Source: a virus (Duplodnaviria; Caudoviricetes). From it: DNA of 64,000 bases. This document shows positions 39,801 to 50,800 of the stretch, piece by piece; the stretch's first letter is position 1, and the number at the start of each line of letters is the position of its first letter. Location of the stretch: the IMG/VR virus record IMGVR_UViG_3300020036_009452, positions 1 through 64,000 of that record, one strand, 5' to 3'. Made by a program: the position numbers and the translations under genes. A model generated the notes under the pieces. It made no database searches, was not told the origin of the DNA, and saw nothing but the letters and a program-made list of their open reading frames with translations.

Positions 39801-41382
39801 CAGTTTTCCAGTCTAGTAGTGTCACTTCACCATTATAGTGCTGAAACAAACCGTCTGCTGTAGTCCCTAGCTTATTGCCTTCTCCATCTACTAGGAGATC
39901 AGATACTAAACTAATCTCAGGAGCAGCCTTGTCTTGCTTACTCTTTGGAATCCCTTGGGTGCCAGTTGTGTCTATAATTACACCAGCTTTATCAAGGAGC
40001 GATTGAAAATTATTAGAAAGACCAGCTAGTCTTGGGTGATTATCAAAAGAAATAAAAGGCTCTCCTAATTCCTTAGCGTAAACTAATCCTTGTTGTTTTA
40101 TTTTCTCCTTTTCTGTTGGAGAAGTTTCTAACCTATAGTAAATATAGGAGTGGATGAATTTACCTAAGACCCTACCAGCATTCATACGTTCTTCAAATGC
40201 CTTTGTAACTTCTGCAAAGGTAAGAGTTTGATCTCCGTATGTTATAGTCTCTGTAATGTCTTTAACATCGAGCTTATCAACATTCTTTCCACGCTGCTTA
40301 AAGAAACGCTTAGCTGCGCCTTCTGCTGGTGTGTCACTAAAGCGCTGGGCTTTGCGTGAAAACTCACCATAGACCTTATCGCCAATGAAGGCAGTCAGAC
40401 GTTTTGCTATATCATTTCCAGCCGTGTCTTGATAAAATGAAGAGGTATCAGAGGTTGTATATTTTGTATTAGCCCCCATTAACTCCCCCACGTAATCGCG
40501 AAACTCTTTCTTCTGTTTTGCAAACTTATTAGCAAGCATGTCATAAACATCATCTACCTTCTGAAAGGCTTCTGAAAGCTTTCGCCCCTCTTTACTAACA
40601 CTTACATTAGATCTAGAGAGTTCCAATATTGTAGAGTAGGCTGTTAGATTATTACTTAATCCTAAGAGATCTCGAACATATTGAAGGAAGTACCCAAGAT
40701 AGAGGGAAGCTGGATTCTTAGTCGCTAACTTTCCTAAATAAGAAGTAACTGCTTCCTCAGCATTGTTAGGAGTCTCACCTCGCTTTACAGCGCTCTTTAA
40801 TAGAAGTTGAAAAGTTTGTGGCTTTTCTATCCTGAGGGCGTGAACAAACGGGTGATAGTATTCATGGAATGGTGTGTCTTTTGTAGCGTACGCTAGATTT
40901 ACAGTAACAGGTGTTTGGGAATCTCCTGTGTACTTCCCTTTAAATTTAAGCTTTGGATCATTGACTATAGTGAAGCCAAAACCAAATCTAGATTCCAATC
41001 GCTTTAATACAGTTTCAAATTCATCGCGGATAGATGGAAACTCTACTCGTTGCGAAAGAGTCTCTATGTTTGAAGCTGGGAACAGAGTCATCGTCCCCTG
41101 ACTTGTTTCCACTATATCTCCAGAGAGTTTAGGATCTAAACCATTGAAACGAGTTCTAAACTTATCTATCATACTAGAATAGTCTAGCGACGTTCCTAGA
41201 AAATCTGCATACTTAGTTTTATAATAATTGGGATCTTCACCTACTAAAGCAGCTATCTTTTCCAGTACAGGATCAGAATTAGCTGCTATAGCTTGCTCAT
41301 TAAACTTTACAAGGGCCAAATCCTCACCAAAGTCTTGGACTAGCTTTTGCCACTCTGGGCTTTTTTTATTAGGACAAATCAT
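36853..41382 (-). CDS. Large virion/ejection protein with zincin-like HExxH and PD-(D/E)xK-like motifs (1509 aa)
   Basis: MICPN start; TPFHEYYHPF; GTTADGL...LLDWKTG; hydrophobic segments near the C-terminus. Confidence 0.8.
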   Translation of the reverse strand: MICPNKKSPEWQKLVQDFGEDLALVKFNEQAIAANSDPVLEKIAALVGEDPNYYKTKYADFLGTSLDYSSMIDKFRTRFNGLDPKLSGDIVETSQGTMTLFPASNIETLSQRVEFPSIRDEFETVLKRLESRFGFGFTIVNDPKLKFKGKYTGDSQTPVTVNLAYATKDTPFHEYYHPFVHALRIEKPQTFQLLLKSAVKRGETPNNAEEAVTSYLGKLATKNPASLYLGYFLQYVRDLLGLSNNLTAYSTILELSRSNVSVSKEGRKLSEAFQKVDDVYDMLANKFAKQKKEFRDYVGELMGANTKYTTSDTSSFYQDTAGNDIAKRLTAFIGDKVYGEFSRKAQRFSDTPAEGAAKRFFKQRGKNVDKLDVKDITETITYGDQTLTFAEVTKAFEERMNAGRVLGKFIHSYIYYRLETSPTEKEKIKQQGLVYAKELGEPFISFDNHPRLAGLSNNFQSLLDKAGVIIDTTGTQGIPKSKQDKAAPEISLVSDLLVDGEGNKLGTTADGLFQHYNGEVTLLDWKTGNLTSDKSSPYLMDFGDKYGINDSKLSKGYLELAYRAIMLKEKFPEMKFRSIKLVKIDHQGKATPMELDLQPYLYTIADYYKAKHPQVYEQLQAKGLFAASNYKGTAESLVSFEDKMGHLTLKEKHLYLQNQLAMLYAGKTKSEIQNDPHIRPLAKQYSDALLELEKDPATDLASNTEDLSSLWKFKNFSDIANPKVQTLHKIIMDAKRNVQSFLNTTEKEHDALYKAALSPENKSIWKTVVNAGATIANVYGIATFSPLWFVGSIVAHRILSRNVHETTQKHFKFMWRESSDIGRPGHYLNLRDTYLENGVEIPLTNAQKEYRSFVYSTMQKEYNKFASAVVGYKFNDPSVPLLRYEKLGIPPTLPEDFLPRVPKPVAEIREEENFASNVFGLKTVVGANLKRSLTNFLEDNYVTEDSGIPLRYFKHSGSDVVTEANHSWNVETAFKFFMTSLKTKEQLDPVYDVALGVYNGLQEEKNEVGEQRYGKLVQWLDNQITLQVTGKQDSDSLTAKKITLKANKLTEKLTDIPEGTPIVVSQDRLLRFIKSSVTYSVMSFKVWSPVRNALMIAAANSTQATRGWVNSALSYIIGVPPESFETINLDGGRVAVRDYMKAKMFGKEDESKLWNIAKNLDWLPDNYPYAVNNDRLLSQSIKLSATSNAFLFYQIGENLGALWQLAGLMKSIKIKDATGKETTLWDAYDNKGNWTVGERGVTQLADGSFVPLKELTALEIKSLKRAYEKLNGSYRTEEKTAMEVSVLGDFIMQFHKYFYQYLKVLFASPYKDITVGKYVLKGERPDGMPVYQWHSEVMEGQLRVLTSSIFAAMSGKGKQYLTEENLGENTLKGHRARALAGLTNTFLWFLLLSAIFHLSLDDDEEKSYVGRSIERTIMDLTRGANPADLWDTAMKPIVALDKMGKTALAFFDLLTEGVTGETDQQGWPKGLKTVGRAIPGLAGSMQIGDLLSNDSESSEHLFGIFPVRP

Positions 41383-44300
41383 TAGCAGTTCATTATTTTA
41401 GTGAAGATTGTGGTGAATTCTGGAATAGTGAGTGAGCGTGTTTCAATAGCATTGAAGACTTTAGAAGGAAAGGATTGGCAATACAGTGTATCTCCAATAG
41501 CACGTAGCACGTACATATAAGTATCTTCTTTTACGTATATAATGTCCCCAGCTTTCACATCGCTAAACTCGCGCCTAGCTGGCACTTGATGTTCTGCAAA
41601 AAGCTCATCATAAACAATATCGATATTTCCAATGGCTCTTGGAATATCTAGCTCTACACGCTTTTGTGCTTCTTCAAAGCGGCCATCTTCTTGAATAGTC
41701 TTTGGTAAGAACCTATCTGAGAATCCAGTCTTTGCATGTAATACCTTTGCCAAAGCTCGTCTGGCTGCTGGGAATGGAGTAAGGGATTCTAATATACTTG
41801 AGTCCACATATACATTTTTACTCAGGTCTAAAGAGTTTAGTAGTTTTACAGATAGATCGATACGTTTTGTTACTTCGGCAGAATCCATATCTGGAGTTAT
41901 GTCTGCTAGAGGCAGAACAACTGCTTCCGGTAGATCCTCCTTGGTAAGTAAGACAGCTCCTGTTTTCAAAGCTTGCTCACGAACATTCTTTATCACATCT
42001 ACAACAATAGTCGCACCTGTTCGTGCACTTGTGAATGAGCCTACAAATTTCTTTATGGCTGGTGCCTGTGTTAGATTCGATAGAGGGATGCTATGTGAAT
42101 ACTTTAGGTTGTATTTTCTTTCAGTAGCTCCTTTATTGACTGGGGCTACAGTTTGCACTGTATATACACGCAACTCTTCTCCAGAAGCATCCTGCCGATT
42201 AAAGGTTGCGATCTTATCTCCTTCCTCTAATATATAACCATCTAGCTTCTCAACTAGAGTATTATTGCGTAGATTAGAAACATTCACAATTCTTCCATCA
42301 AAGTTTTCTAAGACATCTAGACTTAGTGTGTTATCTAATTCTTCTAGAGCAAACTTGTAGTGGGGTGTCCCGCCTTTATCAGTCAGTTTTACATAGTAGG
42401 TGTGCGTGCTACCTGGAGTTTTCTTTAGCATGTAAACCTCCTCATTGTAAAGTCTAATGAACCTTGGGGCTGTTTCAGTGTAACTTTCAGCGAACTTTAA
42501 ATCGAAGTAGAATTTCTTATCATTAAGTACATCTACTCCATGATATATTTTCTGTGTGCCCCATGACACCTTCATCGTGCTTTGTACCAGGGGAGCGGTT
42601 TGTTTACGACGAACGAAGTCAGGCCTAGAGCGTAATAGTTGAAAAGTAAACGCGTCCTTCAATAAGAATAGATGCACACCACTCTTTGGATCGTCTTTTG
42701 GTATAACCGCCTCTAGTCTGGCGTCCTGTGCTGTAGAGTATGCTATTGCCCATTCGGGTGGGAATACTAGCGCCATGCCAGTACGTTCATAGTACATACC
42801 ATCATTAATCAGTGAGTACTTAAACAGGTCCTGCATGAGGCTTGCCCAAGAACGTCCAACTTCTGGAATAATAGTAGAGGAAACAGAAAGCTTCAAAAAG
42901 TCTTCCCTGATTTGTTCAAGTAATTCTTCGTCGCTTACCTTATCTCCAACCATCTTTAAAGATGTAAGACCATTAGCATCTAGAGAGGGCTCTATGGCAT
43001 TTAGGAATTCGTTCTCTGTGTCTGTTGCCATAGCTTTCATAAATACATTTAGGAACTCTTGTTTCCAAGCGTCCTTCCCGTAATATATTTTGTCGGCAGT
43101 TACATAGCGCGCGTCCTTTGGTACGGATGTGGTAAACTCAGCACCATTGAGCTCGAATGTTAAATCGGCGCTCAAGAACTTTATTAATTCTTTAGACACC
43201 TCATCTACTTTCTCTAACTGGTCAAATGCTGAGAAGATATTAGCATCTGTAATCAAACGTTTTACAAAGTTCTGTACGCTAGGATTATAAATGAAAAAGC
43301 TATTCTCCAAGATCCGTTTAAATAGTAGGAGAGCTCTATAAGCCGATAGTACGTGTGGAAGACGAAGAGGTGTTGCATTCTCAAACACAGAACTATTCGT
43401 AGGCTTTATCTTTCTGGAGATTGATCTACGGAGAACCTTATTTACAAAAGCGGACCTTATCTGATTATAGTAGTAATTAGAAAGTTCTGGTTTCTTCTCA
43501 TACTCCTTGATCTGTTGCTTCATCAGTTCTTCTGCTTCATCTACAGACTTCTCGGCTAATGCTTTATAGTCCTCAGATTCTCTAAAGGCTTCTTCTAGGA
43601 CAGTTCTTAAAACCTGCTTTAGTTCTGAACTCTTGTTAGGCGTGTCAGCAAACTGAGAGTAGCGTTCTATCTTTTCGATAACAGAATCTACTTTCCAGCG
43701 TTTGTTTGGCAGCCCCATGAGTACACTATAGATTTGAGATTGAGAGAATAACTCTTCTCCTAGAGGAATTAACTTCTCCATATTAGCAAGCACAATCAGA
43801 TTAGACACTAGAGTCTGTTCTTTTGTTGCTGTGCCTGTGTATATAGCGTCAAGAACTTTAGTATTTATACCCGCAGTAGCAAAGGCTTCTAGACCTTTAT
43901 TCTTGCGTAGACGCTTTATGATTTGGTCAGTTTCTTGAGGAACCAACTTTCTAATAGCGCTCTCGTAATCTTCTAAAGCGTACAGCTCATCTAGTTGAAG
44001 TTGGGCTATAGCTTTAATTTTCTCGGGAGTCCATCTACCACCTTCGTTTAAGCTCTCCATTATAGGAGTCTTAAATACTCTAGACACATTGTTTAATGAG
44101 AATCCCATACCTAGTAGCGCTAAGAAGGCATTAGCATTAGCGTTTGTTATTCCAAGTAAGTGCAGCTTCTGCATCTTAACGTTGTCAATAGCTAAGTTAA
44201 TGATGGTGTCGACGGTCTCAAAAACATTCTTAAGGTTAGAATCGAACCTTGAGAAGCCTGTTGCTTTTACGTTGTTAATCTTTATGTGTTGCTCCTCTTT

Positions 44301-44837
44301 TAATCTTACAGGCTCACGCTCATTAATACGAAAGCCTCCTTTTTGCACAAGACCTTCTGGAGAATTAACTTGATAGGCACGGAGAGCTTCTTCATACTCT
44401 GCACTACCCACAGTCATTACCTCTCCAGCAGGATTGATTAAACTACTTATTGGAGTTAGTTCAAAGAGGTAGGCGAGCATCTTACCAAAGTTAGCTGAAA
44501 TACCTGTTAGTGCAATCCCTGAGTAAGTGTTGTAGCGTATAGTTTCCTGTGTACTGTAGTCAGTTAATTGCCCAGCTGGATTAAGCACCACATCAATCTC
44601 TTTCTTTGTCAAAGGAGCAGCTAGTTCTTTGCCTTGTTTTTTAAGTTCAAGTTGAGCCCACAGTTCTGACAGTGATTCTTCCTTAGCACGTGCATCAAAG
44701 CGTTCAATAAGTTTTGTAGCTAATTCGGTAGGTGCCTCACCCTCAAGCAAGGCACCCAATCCGTTTTCGCTTACAAAAGTATTAAACTCCTCGAAACTCA
44801 TTTCTTTATCTAGAAAAGTTATTTTACAATTTAGCAT
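41382..44837 (-). CDS. Large virion protein, probable C-terminal part of a split virion RNA polymerase (1151 aa)
   Basis: YSGIALTGISAN and LAIDNVK...LGIT segments resemble, from memory, the region after the catalytic loop in crAss-like vRNAPs. Confidence 0.65.
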   Translation of the reverse strand: MLNCKITFLDKEMSFEEFNTFVSENGLGALLEGEAPTELATKLIERFDARAKEESLSELWAQLELKKQGKELAAPLTKKEIDVVLNPAGQLTDYSTQETIRYNTYSGIALTGISANFGKMLAYLFELTPISSLINPAGEVMTVGSAEYEEALRAYQVNSPEGLVQKGGFRINEREPVRLKEEQHIKINNVKATGFSRFDSNLKNVFETVDTIINLAIDNVKMQKLHLLGITNANANAFLALLGMGFSLNNVSRVFKTPIMESLNEGGRWTPEKIKAIAQLQLDELYALEDYESAIRKLVPQETDQIIKRLRKNKGLEAFATAGINTKVLDAIYTGTATKEQTLVSNLIVLANMEKLIPLGEELFSQSQIYSVLMGLPNKRWKVDSVIEKIERYSQFADTPNKSSELKQVLRTVLEEAFRESEDYKALAEKSVDEAEELMKQQIKEYEKKPELSNYYYNQIRSAFVNKVLRRSISRKIKPTNSSVFENATPLRLPHVLSAYRALLLFKRILENSFFIYNPSVQNFVKRLITDANIFSAFDQLEKVDEVSKELIKFLSADLTFELNGAEFTTSVPKDARYVTADKIYYGKDAWKQEFLNVFMKAMATDTENEFLNAIEPSLDANGLTSLKMVGDKVSDEELLEQIREDFLKLSVSSTIIPEVGRSWASLMQDLFKYSLINDGMYYERTGMALVFPPEWAIAYSTAQDARLEAVIPKDDPKSGVHLFLLKDAFTFQLLRSRPDFVRRKQTAPLVQSTMKVSWGTQKIYHGVDVLNDKKFYFDLKFAESYTETAPRFIRLYNEEVYMLKKTPGSTHTYYVKLTDKGGTPHYKFALEELDNTLSLDVLENFDGRIVNVSNLRNNTLVEKLDGYILEEGDKIATFNRQDASGEELRVYTVQTVAPVNKGATERKYNLKYSHSIPLSNLTQAPAIKKFVGSFTSARTGATIVVDVIKNVREQALKTGAVLLTKEDLPEAVVLPLADITPDMDSAEVTKRIDLSVKLLNSLDLSKNVYVDSSILESLTPFPAARRALAKVLHAKTGFSDRFLPKTIQEDGRFEEAQKRVELDIPRAIGNIDIVYDELFAEHQVPARREFSDVKAGDIIYVKEDTYMYVLRAIGDTLYCQSFPSKVFNAIETRSLTIPEFTTIFTKIMNC

Positions 44838-47800
44838 TTTATTTGAATTAATCCACTAGCAGCTAGCCGTTGATAAAAGTTTAGATTTTCTGGAGTTAAA
44901 AGCGTTGCTAACTCGGCTTCAACGTCAGATTTTACACGTAGTATATCGTCAAAAGAAATAGGTGTGAGAAGGTCAGCTCTGTTCTTGCGCTCTAATAGGT
45001 TAGATGCAAAGTTATGAACTATATCGTTTTTAGCAACTACTTCTGTTATAGTCGTTAGTTTCCTTAGCGTATCATTCATAGCTGACAATTGTTTATTCAA
45101 TAAACTACGTTCAGCATAAGAGGCTTCTGGAATCTGGGACGAGACCGTGGCAATCTGCTGAGTTAACAACACAATATGCTGGGTTAAATAATCTCGTAAC
45201 TTACTTCCATTCACCAGCACTGGTTCACCATTGCTATAACCGTAAACATCTCCTGGGTTCACAACAAGAGCATCGTCTTGTTTATGTGCCGGATTGATTT
45301 CCTTCAACATAGGATTTAAATCCAAAGTTTGTGGATCTCTGTTTGTTTCTTTACGTATTACAAATAAAGAGTCAAGATCATAGTCAGAACCATGATAGTA
45401 AACTATCAATGATGGAGCTATTATAACATTACCCGCAGCTCCTTCTGGTGAAGGATAGAAGCCTACAACTTTCATTGGTAGGAGTGAGTGATAGTTTGTA
45501 GTTGGAATACGGAACCCAACTAATCCTTTTGAGATGCCCACCTTATCACCAACAGTCATGTAGTCTTTGTATTCTTCGGGTAGTAAAACTTCGCAGTAAC
45601 CTTCTTCGTCTCTCCATTTTAAGTTCCTAAATTCGGTTGTCCCATCAGGATTTGTAACTTCTTGTTTTCCTAGGTCAGCTTGTAAAACTAACTTGGAACC
45701 TTTGAATCTAAATCCTGTAGTAGCCGAAGTTATCATCGAGCTTAAACTAGAAACAACACGATCAGCTATCAGAGGTAGATTAAATGAAACTCTGTCTTGC
45801 CCATTACGAGCTTTGAGTAGTTCATAAACATCTCGACCTCCTGGTAAGCCCTCCAAGTTGTCTTGGAGTTTATTTCTAATCATAGTCTCAGAGTTCTGCG
45901 TAAGTCCACCCTTTGGAGTCAACCGCATATCCCTAGCTACCTGCCTAACACCATTGTCTATAATTAACGCACTAGCTTGGTGTAGATCAAATATCTCATT
46001 ACTGTTTTGTCCATTTGTATTTTGCATGGCTGTACCTTGCGATGGATTACTCACAGATGTTTCAATATCACTAGCCGGGTTTAATTGGAAGCGGAGATTG
46101 TTATTGTTTATGCTTACAAGAGCCGCATCCGATATAGTAGTGGTATCAATTTCACCCGACTCCAAAAGCTTAGCGGCTTTAGAAGGCCCACCTATTTTCA
46201 CGCCAGAAGCAAATACCATTTGATCGGCTTTTGCGTCCCGCATGGCTTGTCTATAAGAAGCAAGGTGAGGAAATTTCTCTACTAGTTCGTCTGTTAGAAC
46301 CTTCACTGAATACTTTAGGGCTCTAGGAACTCCATTTTCTATGGAGTAATAAACTGGCTTTAACACTACGTCGGTTAACGAGTCAACACCGTAGGCTGCG
46401 GCAAGTCTTTCGTAGAACTCTGGTAGCATATAACCTTCGGCATCTGAGGCATCATAGGAAGCATCAATAGATGCAGCAATGGCGTCCTCTAGATCATCAG
46501 GTATAATTCTTTGTAAATCATCCACAACCAGCACATTAGATTCACCTGGTATTCCATGGGTAGGATCTACGAGTACTGTATCCCCAGTAGCTGTTGCTAT
46601 TTGGATACGTTTGGTTTGATCCTCTTTGCTTTTGTAGAAAGTTTCATCCCCGTAAACTATTTGAGACAAAGAATACTGATTGATTATGAAGTTGTAATAG
46701 AAGCTTTTTAGAACCCCTTCTATAATTTCATTACGCTGTGTGTGGTAAGCACCAATTTGATCTACCGTCATGTTCTTTGACCAAACAGGGAAAGCTCTTA
46801 AGCCCAGAACCCTAGCCGTTTTAGCTAAGCTATTGTCTGGAATTTTAACTCGTGCTTTTCTTTCTGCTGAGCTTAGAAAGGCTGGTAACAGTTCTTGAAC
46901 CTTAGTTTGGACATGTTCTTGAATCATCTTTAGTGCCGCAGCTTCCGTTAAGCTATCCACTGAACCTTCTAAACCAGGGAAGCGCCATTGTTTATGATTC
47001 TTAGCGTAAGTTGGATTGTCATCAACTAACTTAGGATCAGGACGATTCTTCTGGGCCCTTATAATGTTCTTTAAAGCGGCAGTAACTTGTTCTCCTTTTA
47101 ATAGATCAACTTCTACATTAGTAATAGTAGTCCTATTAGACGGGATGGGAAGAGACTGATAGTACTTAGAACGGCTAACTGCAAGTCTTGAGATAAAATT
47201 ACCAACAATATGTCGTTTTCTAAAGTCAGTTAGATTTTCTTTTCTAAGGTACTTAGCAAAGCGTTCGTTGCCTTTTTGCTTCCAAGAATCATGGTCATTA
47301 AAGGAATGGATTTTATTACCACCTTTGAAGAATATGTTATCCTGTAGGAATGGATCTTTAGTAGTAAGCTTGTCATTAGCTACTGAGAAAGAACTAAACT
47401 TCTTAAAGGGTTTACGTACAAGTGCATTTACCATTGCCCCAAGCAGGTCTGTCTGATAAGAAGCGTCTATCCAACCGAAAGCTTTCTTGCCGTCTCCTCG
47501 TGTATAGGAGTGTGTATCTCCTAATGTATAGTGAGAGTTTATCAGTTCTGTAAGATCATCTACAAAGCTTCCTTCATCAGCTAGGAGCGCTTCTCCACCT
47601 TTACTCAAATTGTATTCTTCTAAGGTCTGGTATTCTCCCTGATCGGATGCAAAAGTCATTTGTAGTTTTGGTAGTACCAGAGTTAGACGTTCGTAAGCTC
47701 TCTCAATACTAAGCGGAGAAGCATCAGTAATACGTTTCTTTAATCCGATGATCTTTAGGAATTCAACAAGTACAGCCCTTTGTTTTTCAATGGTATCTGC

Positions 47801-50800
47801 TTTTGTAGCATATAGATCATTTAAGAACTTGGTTGGTACTAACTCAGTAATTCCATCAGCGTTCAAGTTAGCTACGTGCTTATTAAAAGCAAAGCGCACG
47901 TTAGCTTCGTGAGTGCGTTTACCGCCACCCGTTTGAATAAGGTAGTTATAAACTTTATATATACCCAAATCCCAACGTTCAGTAAAAGCAATGGGCCTGT
48001 TCTTCCTAAGAGAAGAAACACTAGCAATAACACTTTTAAGGAAATCAAGATCTTCAAACAGATAGTAACCGTCACTTAACGCTTGGTAACTAACCTTAGC
48101 TTTGGTAGCAAGTCCAAACACAAAGTCGTGCGTAGAACCTTGTTGATGCTCTACAGCATATCTATCAGGAAACTGTTCAACATTCCTAAGAGTCACTTGT
48201 TCTGTGGATGATCCGTCTTTTGAGTATATAGCATATAATCCTTTGAAGGTTGCATCTTTATGGAATGTTACAGACTGAACTCTCTTTGGTGTATTTAAAC
48301 CTATTTCAATTTGATTCAGTAAGTCTAAAACGAACTTGCCTGTAGCTTGTTTAATGTTTGGTCTAGCCTTAAACCCTTGGAACTCTTTGAAGTTAGCTTT
48401 CAAAGCTTGTATTGCTTCGGCAAGAGAACTTCTAGGTATGGATGAGAAACGTTCTAGAAGCAATGAGTAGCTTCTATTTAGATCTGCGAAATCTAGTTCA
48501 CCGTTCTTCCAGTACTTTATTCCAATTAATCGCTGCTTTACAACACCTGTTAGTTTTAAACTAGGATCGATTAACATAGAGTCAAAAGTCTCAGACCGCA
48601 AACCCTCAAGCTCGCTATCTAGAGCTTCGATCTCTTCATCATTCTCTGGATCATTAGCAAGTCGTAAGTCATCTAAGCGTTCTTCCTTTTGTTGAATTTC
48701 TCGGAACTTATTCTCAGATAGTACTTTTAATACAGCACCTCTTGTTTGAGTTTGCCCAAAGTAGTATTCTACAATGTTCTTCCATAGAGCCCCATCTTTC
48801 AGAACCTTATCAATAGTGGCAACTAGTGCTCTATCTTCCAAGGTAACAGAGTCTTCACTACCCTTAAACCTACTAGTGTTATCGCGGAAATCTTTCATTC
48901 GATCCACGACAGCCTCTAGTATTTCTGAGAAACTTAGAATTCTTCCTGAACGGCGGGATTCTTGAATATCAGAGAAAGCAGTAAGTACAAAAGTTTTTAA
49001 GGCTTTGTATTCAGTGAAGTTGTCAAACTTACTTCTTATATTAATGGCTGCTCTTTCAACAGATGTTGGATCTTGCTTCTGATAATAGAAAGCTTTGTTC
49101 TCAACTAGATTGAAGAATTGCTCAATAGACTTTATATTATTATAAGTGAATCCGAGCAAACGTTTCAGCTTATTCCAAATGATGTCAAATATAGTTGGCT
49201 TTTTCGTTTGTACGAAACCTTCAAAGCTTTCAGCCAAGCGTTCTTCTAAACCTTCATTAGAAAGATTACCATAAGTTTCTTTAGCTAAGTTCAATACTTG
49301 TATCTGCTCTGCAGGAGTTAAATATTCCCAAAAGATTTTATGGAATAATTCATGGCGTACAACTCTAGAAGAAACTTTGCCGCTTGCCAAACGAGCAAAC
49401 GCCATTACTCCATCTTTATACAAACCCCACACTCTCTGACCTTGCGCATTAACAAGTTGACCATACTTCACTATTTGTGTTAGTTCATTAGGACGACCTT
49501 TTAATAATTGCTTAAAGAAGCCTAGAGGTGTTTGGCCTGTAAAGTTTTGTACATAATCAGTAATATCTGTATCTTCTAATTCTCTACCCAACTCTTCGCC
49601 TAAGAATCTTTTAGATCTTTCAAGGTGAATTTGTTTTAGCAAAGTCATGGCTCCTTGTAAAGGATCACTTTCATTTTCAGCAATAACTCTCTGTTGGAAA
49701 GCCTCATTACTAAGTAACGCATTTTCAAAGTCCTCTGCGGGAGCATCAGCTAGGCTTACTAAAGTCTCTAAGTATCCTGAGAACTCAGATGGGATAGCTA
49801 ACCGTTCTGCGTCGGCCACGGTAATAGTAGTCTTTGGGGCTTCTTGTTGACGCGCTAAAGCTCTTAACTCTGTAGTTATTGGAATAAGTTGGTCAAAGAT
49901 TTCATACAGATCTTCAAGTTCTGTGTAAGTGATTTGCTGTTTTAATCCAGCCTCAGTTGCTAATGTATTATAATACTTAACAATGTCTCTTAAGGTTTGT
50001 CTTGTATATGATTCATCAACTACAAAATCACTAACTAGTTCATAAAGTCTTTCATCAAAATCTTCTTTACCAAGAGCTTTTCCTGAGTAGTAATCGGTGC
50101 GAGCAAAGTCAGCTATCGTAAATATATCAGCTTCTGAGGAAGCATTTAATATCCTACTGATTATGGTGGCTCTAATAAAATCCCGAGACGCCACATTACC
50201 TGCGGATCTTCCTATGTCCTTTACATCCAGTGATGTAGCTACATCTTCTCGTATACGTTCTAAAGAAGAAGTTCTCTGCCCCACAACTTTCTTTAGGGCT
50301 CTAAACAAACTTACATTCCTAGTTACATATAGTTTGCTAGCTGCAAGATTGGCTTTGTACTTCTCAACCGCCTCTTCAAAAGTGTCAGCGGCCATTACTC
50401 TTGTAAACTCTGATATAGCGTCAGAAATAGTTTCATCAAGTTCTTCAAGCTCTTCAAGCTCTTCAAGAGTTTTTCCTTGCTCAATAGCCCTTTTTAATTT
50501 AGATAAGCTAGAAACTTTTCTAGGTTCAACCTCTTCAACCGTTTCTGTTGTTATATTAGGAGGCGATCCTACTATAAGTGCAGTGGGAGCAGCGCCAATA
50601 AAATTGGAGCCTAGTAATTCTAATGGAAGGGAAGACAGCGCTGTTTCTCTACTCACATCAAAACTCCTAGGAAGTGGTGTGCGTAACCCGAAACCTTCTG
50701 AAATATTACTGTAGTTTCCTTGTTTGTCTTTACCACGAACAAATAGATCTTCTAGATCTTCTAGAGTTATGGGGGACAAGTGTTTATCTCCCGGCGTCTC

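Noticed and set aside
41382-44837. Split intein at the giant-protein junctions (C-terminal Asn-Cys)
   Set aside because: No intein block motifs and no C-extein after the Cys.
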